Assembly (NCBI GenBank): GCA_964383395.1
Contig: CAYLGV010000001.1
Span: 4,031 to 68,030, forward strand
Direction: 5' to 3'
DNA from: an uncultured Candidatus Saccharibacteria bacterium
Lineage (GTDB): Bacteria > Patescibacteriota > Saccharimonadia > Saccharimonadales > CAYLGV01
Length of the DNA stretch: 64,000 bases
The translations under genes were made by a program, and so were the position numbers. Of this stretch, positions 41,893 to 51,092 are shown piece by piece. Under the pieces are notes generated by a model that saw nothing but the letters and a program-made list of their open reading frames with translations, had not been told where the DNA came from and made no database searches. How positions within the stretch are numbered: position 1 is the first letter of the stretch; each line of letters starts with the position of its first letter.

Positions 41893-42733
41893 ATGGTAGT
41901 ACTTTGGCTCTAATAAGTAATGAGGCTTTTTTGTAGGAGCTTACCCGCACGCGCTCAGAGGCAATACTGCTGGCTGGTTTCTTGGCTAGTTCATGAAGAA
42001 GTGCTTCATAGTATTGATACGCTAGTCGTGTTGCCCGTCGTGCTGACTTCGGTAATTTTTCAATATACGTTTGGGCATTGTTAAAATCTTGCTGGATGTC
42101 TGCAAGTATTTGGTCTTTCAATTTATCGTTAAACGTTTCAAAACTCCCGTATGGAAAATAGTATCGATTCCGCACCACGTAATCGTCATGAATATCCCGC
42201 AAGAAGTTTACTTTCTGAAAAGCAGCGCCCAAAGCTTTGGCCCCATCACTCAGAGCATGGTATTGCTCTTCGTCTCCCTGAACAAACACACGCAAGCACA
42301 TTAACCCAACCACTTCGGCTGATCCATATATGTAATCATCGTATGTTTTCTGAGTGAACCTAACTGGCTTTAGGTCCATACGCATACTTACAAAAAATGG
42401 CTCGATAAGGTCTTTCTTGATCTGGTAAGCAACAGCAGTTTCAATAAAAGCATGAATGATAATATTGGCACTAAAACCACGTTTTAGCGCAGCATAGACT
42501 TCTAGTTCGAAGTCATCTAGTACCTTTTTGGCATCGGGGCCTTTATAGGTGTCAACAACTTCGTCAGTAACTCGTACTAATCCGTAAATGTTATAGATAT
42601 GTTGACGGATGTCAGTTCCGAACAATGTAATAGCTGAACTAAAAGATGAAGAGAAGGTTTGGGTGACAACCTTACTGGCTTGTCGTGCGCTAATCGTGTA
42701 ATCGTGAAGTGACTGATTGTTGGTTTGGTCCAC
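41882..42733 (-). CDS. crtB: Phytoene synthase (squalene/phytoene synthase family)
   Basis: YGLVRVTDEVVD, YIYGSAEVVG and LGAAFQKVNFLRDIHDD. GTG start. Confidence 0.8.
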   Translation of the reverse strand: MDQTNNQSLHDYTISARQASKVVTQTFSSSFSSAITLFGTDIRQHIYNIYGLVRVTDEVVDTYKGPDAKKVLDDFELEVYAALKRGFSANIIIHAFIETAVAYQIKKDLIEPFFVSMRMDLKPVRFTQKTYDDYIYGSAEVVGLMCLRVFVQGDEEQYHALSDGAKALGAAFQKVNFLRDIHDDYVVRNRYYFPYGSFETFNDKLKDQILADIQQDFNNAQTYIEKLPKSARRATRLAYQYYEALLHELAKKPASSIASERVRVSSYKKASLLIRAKVLPYGS

Positions 42734-42880
42734 TTGCTAGTTGTCCTTTCCTACTTCGTAAACTATAGCATAACCTCTGATGAAACGTGGATTTGAGTAC
42801 GCAATTGTGCAGGTTATTGACAAATGCATTCCTGAGGATGACAATTAAGTTATATCAAGGGTGGATCAATAGGAGGCTTT

Positions 42881-43279
42881 ATGGCTACACCAAACAATTC
42901 CCCGTCCGGCTGGGTCGGTTGGGCGTATTTTGCTAGTTTCATGATGATTCTGGCAGGCATTTTACAATCTATTGCGGGTCTTTCAGCAATATTTAGGAAG
43001 GGCTTTTTCGTGGTAACGGAAAATCAGCTCCTAGTTTTTAACTTCACAACTTGGGGTTGGGTTCACCTAATACTAGGTATTGTGATCTTTATGGCTGGTC
43101 TTGAGCTGCTGCGCGGTGCTATGTGGGCACGTGTTGTTGCAGTTATCTTGGCTGTTTTGAGCTTTGTTGCAAACATGGCTTTCTTCAATGCTTACCCATG
43201 GTGGTCATTGGTAGTCATGGTGATCGATGTGTTGGTTATCTACGCGCTTACTGTTAAAGGTGGTGAGTTAAAAGCTTAA
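42881..43279 (+). CDS. Small integral membrane protein (132 aa)
   Basis: AGGAGG ribosome-binding site and four hydrophobic helices. Confidence 0.65.
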   Translation: MATPNNSPSGWVGWAYFASFMMILAGILQSIAGLSAIFRKGFFVVTENQLLVFNFTTWGWVHLILGIVIFMAGLELLRGAMWARVVAVILAVLSFVANMAFFNAYPWWSLVVMVIDVLVIYALTVKGGELKA

Positions 43280-43295
43280 CTACTTCATTTACCTA

Positions 43296-43326
43296 AAAGC
43301 CCCGACATATGCGGGGCTTTTTTGTT
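43296..43326. terminator. Terminator between convergent genes
   Basis: AGCCCCG-acatatg-CGGGGCT followed by TTTTTT. Confidence 0.65.
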
Positions 43327-43338
43327 TGATCAATATAT

Positions 43339-44040
43339 TTAGAGCTCGCTGCTAGAGTGTCGGCCAGAATGACGGTTGTCATCACTAACTGGACGATTAC
43401 GAAGCAGCCATTGAAGATTAAAAAACGGCCGAGCATGAGCTTGGTCAACTTTTGGGATATGCCCGAGGTCAAGCGCAGTTTGATGAACAAGATAGCCCAA
43501 GAATGATTCGGTTAGCTTGTCCTTTCGTGTATCTCTTTCGCGAAGTGTATGGAGTAGTCGATGTGTAAGGAACGGAACGGTTACTATTTCTATACCTTGC
43601 ACTGTCTCTACAACTGGCGCCATAAGCTCTTTATGAATCTCTTCATCAAAGTCTGTTTCATGGCTAATAAGATGCCACGCATCATCCTTGTATCTGACAG
43701 ATACATCTGTATCATCAAAGGCTTGTGAATCAACGAGTACGCCATCTTCTACTGCACATGCTAATTCGAGGGTATCTGAGGATGCTCCAAGCACATCAAG
43801 ATCTGAAATCCCTAGAGCAAGGCCAGCTGCATCACGGTCACGAAATTCTCTGTAAGGATCGTCAATTGCTTGCTTGGCGAGCACCATGCGGCCGACCGAT
43901 CCCATAATTCGTGTATGTGGGTCACGTTGCAATATCTCTATTTGATCTGTGTATACAGATAGGTCGACAAGAGTTTCACGGATAGCCATACCAGCAATAT
44001 ATATGCCAGTTTGATTGCATGCAAGCATGAGCACTTGCAA
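43339..44040 (-). CDS. Hypothetical protein, possibly nucleotidyltransferase-fold
   Basis: GSVGRMVL...GISDLDVLG is loosely GS...DxD-like. The evidence is weak. Confidence 0.35.
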   Translation of the reverse strand: MQVLMLACNQTGIYIAGMAIRETLVDLSVYTDQIEILQRDPHTRIMGSVGRMVLAKQAIDDPYREFRDRDAAGLALGISDLDVLGASSDTLELACAVEDGVLVDSQAFDDTDVSVRYKDDAWHLISHETDFDEEIHKELMAPVVETVQGIEIVTVPFLTHRLLHTLRERDTRKDKLTESFLGYLVHQTALDLGHIPKVDQAHARPFFNLQWLLRNRPVSDDNRHSGRHSSSEL

Positions 44041-44158
44041 AAAATGTTAATTCGTGATAATATCATTGCATTGTATTTGATGAATCCGGGTTAGTACGTG
44101 TTACTCGATTTCAGCAATCGCAGTGGAACACATAACTAACAACAAGGATTCTATTTTT

Positions 44159-45382
44159 ATGTCTTATAGTTCTAATACTTACTCCAGCCGTCGTGCTGGC
44201 AACAAATATCGTCGTGGTTCAGGCTCTTCTTACGGAGGCCAGCGCCAAAACAATGGTGGTGGTCGTCGTCGTCCACAAAAAGATTACATTGACCCAAGCC
44301 GCTTCGTTAAAGTTGCTCGCCCAGTTGAGGCCGAGTCTTACACTCCACAATTTACCTTCGAAGATTTTGAGGTACATGAAGTACTAAAAAGTAACTTGCG
44401 AGCCAAGAACTATCACTCACCTTCACCAATTCAGGATAAGACTATCCCGCATGCGCTTGAAGGACGTGATGTTATCGGCATCGCTGATACAGGCACTGGC
44501 AAGACGGCAGCTTTTGCTATACCACTTTTACACATGGCAATGACTAAAGGTGCCAAAGCACTTATTGTGGCACCAACTCGTGAGCTTGCTCAACAGATTG
44601 AAGTTGAGCTACGTTCAATCGCCAAAGGCAGCCGATTGCGTGGGGCCATTCTTATTGGTGGCACAGGCATGGGCTCACAGCTCCATGATCTTCGCCTGAA
44701 CCCGCATATTGTTGTTGGTACACCTGGGCGCATCAAGGATCACCTTGAGCGTGGCAGTCTAAATCTTTCAGAGTTCAATATGGTAGTTCTCGATGAAGTT
44801 GACCGTATGCTCGACATGGGCTTTGTAAATGATGTTCAAACTATCTTGAGTGAACTACATCCAGATCGTCAGTCACTCTTCTTCTCCGCTACACTCGACA
44901 CACGTGTTAACAATCTTATTACTACTTTTTCAAATGACCCAATCACCATATCGATTAAGTCAGGTGACACCAGCGAAAACGTGCACCAAAACGTGGTTTA
45001 CGTAAATCATCAATCTGAAAAACTTGAGACACTTCACGAACTGTTGATGAACGGCGAAGTACAGAAAGCCATAATTTTTGATGACACACAGCGTAGCGTT
45101 GAAAGACTCTCAGAAGAGCTCACCAAGCGTGGCCTCAAGGCGGACGCAATTCATGGTGGGCGCAGCCAAGGCCAGCGTCAACGTGCGTTAAGCAAATTCA
45201 AGAAAAGTGAAGTCGATATTCTCGTTGCAACCGATGTTGCAGCTCGAGGCATCGACGTATCTGACATCACGCATGTGATCAATTACTCAACCCCACAGTC
45301 ATACTCAGACTACGTGCACCGTATTGGCCGCGCTGGTCGTGCAGGCCGTGTTGGTTACGCGCTTACATTTGTAAATCGCTAG
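44159..45382 (+). CDS. DEAD-box ATP-dependent RNA helicase
   Basis: Q-motif, AxTGTGKT, DEVD, SAT and HRIGRAGRAG, with an Arg/Gly-rich N-terminus. The ATG 44159 start is preferred over the track GTG. Confidence 0.9.
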   Translation: MSYSSNTYSSRRAGNKYRRGSGSSYGGQRQNNGGGRRRPQKDYIDPSRFVKVARPVEAESYTPQFTFEDFEVHEVLKSNLRAKNYHSPSPIQDKTIPHALEGRDVIGIADTGTGKTAAFAIPLLHMAMTKGAKALIVAPTRELAQQIEVELRSIAKGSRLRGAILIGGTGMGSQLHDLRLNPHIVVGTPGRIKDHLERGSLNLSEFNMVVLDEVDRMLDMGFVNDVQTILSELHPDRQSLFFSATLDTRVNNLITTFSNDPITISIKSGDTSENVHQNVVYVNHQSEKLETLHELLMNGEVQKAIIFDDTQRSVERLSEELTKRGLKADAIHGGRSQGQRQRALSKFKKSEVDILVATDVAARGIDVSDITHVINYSTPQSYSDYVHRIGRAGRAGRVGYALTFVNR

Positions 45383-45930
45383 ACAGTTGTCCTCTTGCGA
45401 CATAGTTCAGCAAGTTTCCTGGTTGTATTGGCGTTTCGTATAGTTATCGACTGATACGCTTTAGTACCTACAACTTTGCTATAGCGAGTGCGGCTGTAAG
45501 TTGCCAAGGGTGCACTCCAGAATATAATCGGTCCAACAGCTGCCACTTTTTCATACTCTGGTTTTGCCTCACCCACTTCTTTCATGATTTCTTTTGGTGT
45601 TTTCGGTGCGATGATGAACATGGCATCATGTTTTGTCTCGGTGCTTGATCCCCACCACCTAGGAGCATGGTCTACAGAATCAAGGAGCTCCTGAGCAGAT
45701 ATGACTGAACAGATAACACGGAAGCCAAATTCTTTTTCAATCGCAGCTTCACATAATATAACCAGCTTAGCGTCATTTGTTTTGGGCGTATCGAATAGTA
45801 CGTTGCCTGAGTTGATGTAGGTGAGGACATTCTTAAAACCTGCATCTTCAAAACAAGTTTTTAAGGCAGCCATAGAAACTTTGTTTTTACCACCGACGTT
45901 TATTCCACGGAGGAGTGCAATATATCTCAT
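45379..45930 (-). CDS. DUF1697 family protein
   Basis: MRYIALLRGINVGGKNKV. Confidence 0.6.
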   Translation of the reverse strand: MRYIALLRGINVGGKNKVSMAALKTCFEDAGFKNVLTYINSGNVLFDTPKTNDAKLVILCEAAIEKEFGFRVICSVISAQELLDSVDHAPRWWGSSTETKHDAMFIIAPKTPKEIMKEVGEAKPEYEKVAAVGPIIFWSAPLATYSRTRYSKVVGTKAYQSITIRNANTTRKLAELCRKRTTV

Positions 45931-46000
45931 AGTAGTCTTTGCCCTACTTACCTTCTGTGGTACTGCCTAGACAGGCTTGAAATGACATGTATCGATTATA

Positions 46001-46432
46001 TCAAGAAGCTTGCGTCGTGGTAGCCAGCCATTCCACTATCTCAACATAGTAGCTATCCGCGTGTTTTGGTGTTTCGAGGCTTAGGATCTCATCCTGGCCT
46101 AACCATACATGTCTATCGTGTTCCCAGCTGACAGTAACGTTTGGCCTAGATTCATTGAGATCAGCCTTGTACAGTATATGAACCGTGTTGGGTTCTGTCT
46201 CTTTCTCGAATACATTCGTTATTTGAGACGCATTAAGAGAAATACCTGTTTCTTCTTCAAGTTCTCGCAAGGCAGCTAGGCTTGGACTTTCACCTTTCTC
46301 AACTTCACCACCTGGGAAATCCCAATGATGGGCATAATACGGGTGGGTTTCGGAGCGTCTGAGTAATAAGATGTTACCATCGATATCAACAACCAATACT
46401 TTGGCCACGCGAAGTATATGGTCTGAGCTCAT
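46001..46432 (-). CDS. NUDIX hydrolase
   Basis: Nudix box GGEVEKGESPSLAALRELEEETGI. Confidence 0.8.
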   Translation of the reverse strand: MSSDHILRVAKVLVVDIDGNILLLRRSETHPYYAHHWDFPGGEVEKGESPSLAALRELEEETGISLNASQITNVFEKETEPNTVHILYKADLNESRPNVTVSWEHDRHVWLGQDEILSLETPKHADSYYVEIVEWLATTTQAS

Positions 46433-46485
46433 CTATCTATTCTAGCAAATACATAATGTATCAAGCCTCATGTTATACTAAAAGC

Positions 46486-46587
46486 ATGAACAAGAAGCTC
46501 GTATATACGAAGTCCACAGACAAAAAGCTTGTCAAAAAGCTTGCTAAAGATCTGAAGCCTGCTCTTATTTCTCTTTCTCAAAAATAA
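46486..46587 (+). CDS. 33-codon ORF immediately upstream of doc (candidate miniature antitoxin)
   Basis: My reading is MNKKLVYTKSTDKKLVKKLAKDLKPALISLSQK. TATACT (46474-46479) lies 6 nt before the ATG. The TAA stop abuts the doc ATG. Confidence 0.35.
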   Translation: MNKKLVYTKSTDKKLVKKLAKDLKPALISLSQK

Positions 46588-47055
46588 ATGGAAATTATAC
46601 TTCCCGATCGTGAATCTATAGAGCTACTGCACGAAGCAGTTATGATGTTTTCAGGCGGTCGACCAGGTATTCACTCAGAGAACTTAATTCTTAGCGCCAT
46701 CGGTCGTCCATTAACACACGCTGATTATAATGAAGATTTTACCCTAGATGAAATATGCGCAGTGCTAATAGATGCAATCGCGAGAAACCATGGCTATAAT
46801 GACGGGAACAAACGTACAGCTCTAATGACGGCGTTTTATACGTACCGTATGAATGGCGTACATTTTAAAGCAACTGAAGCCATGAACGTTGACTTTGATG
46901 AGCTTGTCATGTGGGTCGTAAATGAAAAACCCACAGTAAAGGAGATTACAGCTCGACTAAAAGAATTGCGTGTCACCCATGAGGGTTACCAAGAGAGCTG
47001 GGGACCTATACTTGCTGCGTTTAGAAAAGCAATGAGCAAAACAAAACGTGATTAA
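46588..47055 (+). CDS. doc: Fic/Doc family toxin (death-on-curing type)
   Basis: NHGYNDGNKRTAL matches the Doc variant of the Fic motif HxFx(D/N)(A/G)NKR. Confidence 0.7.
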   Translation: MEIILPDRESIELLHEAVMMFSGGRPGIHSENLILSAIGRPLTHADYNEDFTLDEICAVLIDAIARNHGYNDGNKRTALMTAFYTYRMNGVHFKATEAMNVDFDELVMWVVNEKPTVKEITARLKELRVTHEGYQESWGPILAAFRKAMSKTKRD

Positions 47056-47069
47056 CTATTGAGACGACT

Positions 47070-47606
47070 TTATTCCAGGTCGAGCTGGACGTTTTGCCAT
47101 ATGAGCCCATCATTATCGGGTTCGGGCTCACCGACTGGAGTGAAGCCCTGATCTGCCAAGAGCTTGGCTGCGGCAGTGTTGTCTGCCAGATGACGTGAAA
47201 AGACTTGTAAGCAATCGTCCTCTCGTAAGTAGTCAATGACTGCTTTCATTGAAGAGCTACCAATACCCTTGCCACGCGCTTGTGGATCGCCAATCATGAT
47301 ATGTATACCTGGAGCTTCCACAGAGTTCACCTCTTCCAGATCTACCCAAACAGCTCCCACGACTTTATCGTCATATTGTATAGCCCAGTTCAGTTGCTTG
47401 GGGTTATTTACAAAGCCCTGAACACGTTTTTTCTCGCCTTCTAACGTTGGTGCTTTGTTTTTGTCTTCAGTTACGCCCATCAATCTTAGTGTATTGCGGC
47501 CAATGTCACCTTCGAGCCAGGCTACACTCAGTGGCGCGTCACGCTCAACATCTGGTTCGATGAGATGTACTTTTGGATTCGTGGTCTCAAGTTGAGTGGC
47601 TTTCAT
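47070..47606 (-). CDS. GNAT family N-acetyltransferase
   Basis: ARGKGIGSS acetyl-CoA loop. 178 aa. Confidence 0.7.
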   Translation of the reverse strand: MKATQLETTNPKVHLIEPDVERDAPLSVAWLEGDIGRNTLRLMGVTEDKNKAPTLEGEKKRVQGFVNNPKQLNWAIQYDDKVVGAVWVDLEEVNSVEAPGIHIMIGDPQARGKGIGSSSMKAVIDYLREDDCLQVFSRHLADNTAAAKLLADQGFTPVGEPEPDNDGLIWQNVQLDLE

Positions 47607-47718
47607 GATGGCAGTATAGCAAAGTATTTTGGGCTAATAATTCCAAAAGCAATCGATGCGACGATAAACAGTCTTATGGCTAGCTTCTGCATTATTCAAC
47701 TACACCAAAAAACACTCT

Positions 47719-48516
47719 CTAGATCTGCAAGGCTTTTGGTCTGCGAATTGCGAAGTTGTCGTAGCGACTTACGTCAAAATCTGACCATGTTTGCGCTTCG
47801 ATTGGCAAGGTCTTGTCTCGAATTTGTATTTCATGTCCCATAACACCTCCATATGATTCATCGTCACGATAGGAGTCCCATATTTCAATCAAACCGTCAT
47901 CGGCTTCAACAACCATGGCTACATGCTTGGATTTTCCATTTTTACTCATTGCAATTAGATCACCTGGTTGTGTCTCGCATAAATGTGGTACGGCAACTGA
48001 AGCGGCATCGTTACACAAGCGAGCAACATTTACTTGAGAAGCCAGATCCTTGTTGAATGTCTTGGCTACCCATTCAAGTGGTACCTGGTGTGGTAAGTCT
48101 TCAAGCTCCCCTGCAGTTAGCTCATGTTCGACTCTCCAGCTTTCTTTTGTTGAGGCCTGAACTATCGCTGGCTTGGGCACGTACAGAGACTTAGCATAGC
48201 TTTCCTGTCCCTGCGACTCTAGAGCACGTGTGAATAGGTTAAATACGAACCCAGAACAATCAATACCAATCTGATTACGATACAGAAAATTTCTTGCGCT
48301 ATTCACGCTTGTTACATTTACTTCTTCTGAAATTTCAGCACAATTTGCAAGAATTCTGATGACCTCGCCCTGCATATCTTCTGGTGTACCTTTAGCTCCT
48401 TTGAAACCATCACCGTAATCAGGTGTGATTATCCAGTACACAGGCATAACCTCAACGTCATTTACAGTAAGCTCAAACTGGTCGATTCCCGTCCTCAAAA
48501 CTTCAGGAGTTAACAT
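47719..48516 (-). CDS. NlpC/P60-like (papain-fold) protein without a signal peptide
   Basis: IDCSGFVFNLF gives a candidate Cys and KHVAMVV a candidate His. The N-terminal domain is unknown. Confidence 0.4.
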   Translation of the reverse strand: MLTPEVLRTGIDQFELTVNDVEVMPVYWIITPDYGDGFKGAKGTPEDMQGEVIRILANCAEISEEVNVTSVNSARNFLYRNQIGIDCSGFVFNLFTRALESQGQESYAKSLYVPKPAIVQASTKESWRVEHELTAGELEDLPHQVPLEWVAKTFNKDLASQVNVARLCNDAASVAVPHLCETQPGDLIAMSKNGKSKHVAMVVEADDGLIEIWDSYRDDESYGGVMGHEIQIRDKTLPIEAQTWSDFDVSRYDNFAIRRPKALQI

Positions 48517-48583
48517 AAAGCAAAAATAACATTTATATAGCTATATGTCAATAATCCGCTCTCTGTAGAAGCAAGTAAAATGG

Positions 48584-48973
48584 TTATTTTTCAGGCCACG
48601 GATATGGCATAAGTTCCGAGATAGGTATTTGTTTAATGCCTTTATCTTCTTGAATAATTACGAGCGTATCAATACCTGACTTTAAGCTACTTTCGTAGAT
48701 GAGTTGTTTGCAGATGTGGCAGTTTGGTCCAGTGATGGCGACGATATCTTTTTCGCCATGGATGGCTGCGTTAGCAAGCGCCGTGGCTTCGGAGTGCATG
48801 GTAAGCGTGAGTGTGTCAGATTTATAACTGATACCTTCGTAGATGTTTCCTGCCTTAGTAAGCACAGTTACCGCATAGCCTTCATTTGCAATCGGGTAGG
48901 TATTTACGAGTGCTTGCTCTGCTTTTGTAAGGAGTTGTTCGCATAATTCGGTAGATAGTGGTTCTGGCTTCAT
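48584..48973 (-). CDS. Cytidine/deoxycytidylate deaminase-fold protein
   Basis: HSEATAL (H/CAE motif) and PNCHICKQ (PCxxC-type). The C-terminal ELMPYPW resembles the Cdd ELLPxAF. Confidence 0.6.
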   Translation of the reverse strand: MKPEPLSTELCEQLLTKAEQALVNTYPIANEGYAVTVLTKAGNIYEGISYKSDTLTLTMHSEATALANAAIHGEKDIVAITGPNCHICKQLIYESSLKSGIDTLVIIQEDKGIKQIPISELMPYPWPEK

Positions 48974-48987
48974 TGCATTCCAATTCT

Positions 48988-49323
48988 TTAGTGTTCGGCA
49001 GCTTTTTTGCCAGATAATTCGCGATTCTTTAGAAATTCAGCTGACTGTTCAAGGTTATTACTGGCAACATCGGATAGTTTTAAGTCATAGTATTCTGCAA
49101 GCACAGCTGCGTAGTACAAGACGTCACCTAGTCTTTTCTTCACGATTTCAAGGTCTTCTGGAGTGGCCTTGCCATCCTTGTCTCGGATAACTTTGTTAAG
49201 CTCATTGCTCAATATGCCAGCAGCACCATTAAGACCCATAGTTCGGTGTGCTAATGCAACAGCCGTTTTTTGGGTAATGGCGACACTTTTAAGCGCTTGT
49301 TGCTGAAACTCATCTATATCCAT
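48988..49323 (-). CDS. MazG-like all-alpha nucleotide pyrophosphohydrolase
   Basis: 111 aa, with LGDVLYYAAVLAEYYDL typical of small MazG-family proteins. Confidence 0.5.
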   Translation of the reverse strand: MDIDEFQQQALKSVAITQKTAVALAHRTMGLNGAAGILSNELNKVIRDKDGKATPEDLEIVKKRLGDVLYYAAVLAEYYDLKLSDVASNNLEQSAEFLKNRELSGKKAAEH

Positions 49324-49348
49324 AGCCTTATCATATCAAATGAAGTAA

Positions 49349-49786
49349 CTATTCTGTTGGTCCAGTGAGTGCTGCAACTACTTTGGCGAGTGATGGCTCA
49401 TTGGCTGGATCGAATTCATCACAGTGATCACGGATTACAAGTGTCTCACTACCCATATTCTCGTACCAGTAAAGAGTATTTTCTGTAGGAATGGATGTTT
49501 CTGTACCATCTTCAAGAAATACATTACTTGTTCCACCTGTCTTTAGGTCAACTATAGCAAGGCGCCCAAAGCCACTCTCAACTGTCAGTTCTAAAGCATG
49601 ACCACCTATGAGCACACAAGGCTCGGCGGTATCACGAATTTCTAGTAAAACCTCATCACCTACTGTTATGCCATCACGATTAAGAACATGTATTGAATAG
49701 TCGACCGAAGAGTCTTCGCCCTTTTCATGGATGCCTTCAACGATTGTTTCGCCTGGATACAAAAAGTTATCAATCATGGATTTCAA
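49349..49786 (-). CDS. Hypothetical protein (145 aa)
   Basis: ORF overlapping the upstream gene by 17 nt, which suggests operon membership. Confidence 0.5.
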   Translation of the reverse strand: MKSMIDNFLYPGETIVEGIHEKGEDSSVDYSIHVLNRDGITVGDEVLLEIRDTAEPCVLIGGHALELTVESGFGRLAIVDLKTGGTSNVFLEDGTETSIPTENTLYWYENMGSETLVIRDHCDEFDPANEPSLAKVVAALTGPTE

Positions 49787-50519
49787 AAATTGGCACCTCT
49801 TCGCCAGTAATAGTTACGCTGCCATTTAGAATTTCATCTTGTGTACGAGAGTATCGAGTACCAGCTGGGTAGCCACCGGCCACGATCTGGGTGTAGATGA
49901 CATCGTCTTCAAGATTTCCCGTGCTCTCGTAACCCTGCGCACGAACTATAACTTCATCAACCATATAACAGGTGCCTTCAACATGATCAATTTGGCGACC
50001 GACTAATGGATTGTTGGACAGATTTACCTCATAACCTGGGTTGGCAGTCACACGGAGGGCGTAATTAAATGGGTCGCTAAAACGGAACTCTTGAACACCG
50101 GCATGCTCATGGGGTGGAACGTGCGTATGCGCTTCAATGGTTGGTCCACCTGCGCTGAAAATATCATGCACGTGATCGTTAGACGGTACGATCAAAGTGA
50201 CTTCGACAAGGTCCATGAGTTTAGGTAGACGTAAGCCTTTAGCAAACTCTGTTGGGTTTGCGTTTGGGTTTTCAATAAAGTGAATAATCTTTTCAGGATC
50301 TTCGGTCTGCCAGTACGCTATAGTTGGTGTTCGGAATGCCCCAACATCTGGTGATGCCAAGGTATCAAATTCTGAGCTTGAATCGTTCCGTACATCCCAA
50401 CCGATAGAGTTATAGAAGCCATGAATACGCTCGGCGACTTCTGGGTCGCGAGGTACCATCAGCTCTGCCATCACTGTATTGTGATACGGACGGTAAGTCA
50501 TAAGTAAATAATACCACAA
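49770..50519 (-). CDS. Hypothetical protein with a His-rich cluster (AHTHVPPHEHAG)
   Basis: Long ORF. It may bind metal, but I recognised no family. Confidence 0.5.
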   Translation of the reverse strand: MWYYLLMTYRPYHNTVMAELMVPRDPEVAERIHGFYNSIGWDVRNDSSSEFDTLASPDVGAFRTPTIAYWQTEDPEKIIHFIENPNANPTEFAKGLRLPKLMDLVEVTLIVPSNDHVHDIFSAGGPTIEAHTHVPPHEHAGVQEFRFSDPFNYALRVTANPGYEVNLSNNPLVGRQIDHVEGTCYMVDEVIVRAQGYESTGNLEDDVIYTQIVAGGYPAGTRYSRTQDEILNGSVTITGEEVPIFEIHD

Positions 50520-50546
50520 ATAATGTATTTTGTAAAATCATATAGT

Positions 50547-50795
50547 TTAGTTTGCTACACGCAGAACATCGAGATCAACTTCAAGATCGGCGAGCTTCTT
50601 TTCGATCGCCTTTTTGGCATCTTCGATAGCGTGATTGTAAATTTCTGGACCTAGATGACCGGCAACAATATCGATTATCTCTTGTGCTGCAATCATGCCA
50701 AACTCCGAATTGCCTTGTTCATCTACTCGGGCAATAATCTCATCTCTGCACTGACGACTCGCCTCTTCGTTTGTAATGTCCCATTTGCGTATCAT
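50547..50795 (-). CDS. DUF2164-like small protein
   Basis: 82 aa with pattern ...FGMIAAQEIIDIVAGHLGPEIYNHAIEDAK. Confidence 0.45.
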   Translation of the reverse strand: MIRKWDITNEEASRQCRDEIIARVDEQGNSEFGMIAAQEIIDIVAGHLGPEIYNHAIEDAKKAIEKKLADLEVDLDVLRVAN

Positions 50796-50822
50796 GCCTT
50801 TATCATAGCAAACAGATGTAGA

Positions 50823-51080
50823 TTATCTTCGATCAAGCCACTGTTTTTTCAAGAGTGAAACAGTAAGAGTGGAGAGTAAAAAACCAATGACTGGCACCAA
50901 TGCGTTAATCCACGGGCTGATATGTACAACGAAGTGTAAATAGAACGCGACAACTAAGTATGTGAGCAGCATAATGCTTATTCGTCTGGTCCAACTTGTT
51001 TCCCATGCCTTATCGCCCTCAACACGTTTATTACGTGCCTCTAGCTCTGCAACACGCTTCTCTAGTTCGTTAACGTTCAT
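50823..51080 (-). CDS. Small membrane protein with an N-terminal coiled-coil
   Basis: MNVNELEKRVAELEARNKRVE followed by two transmembrane helices. Confidence 0.5.
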   Translation of the reverse strand: MNVNELEKRVAELEARNKRVEGDKAWETSWTRRISIMLLTYLVVAFYLHFVVHISPWINALVPVIGFLLSTLTVSLLKKQWLDRR

Positions 51081-51092
51081 ACCGAAAGTATA

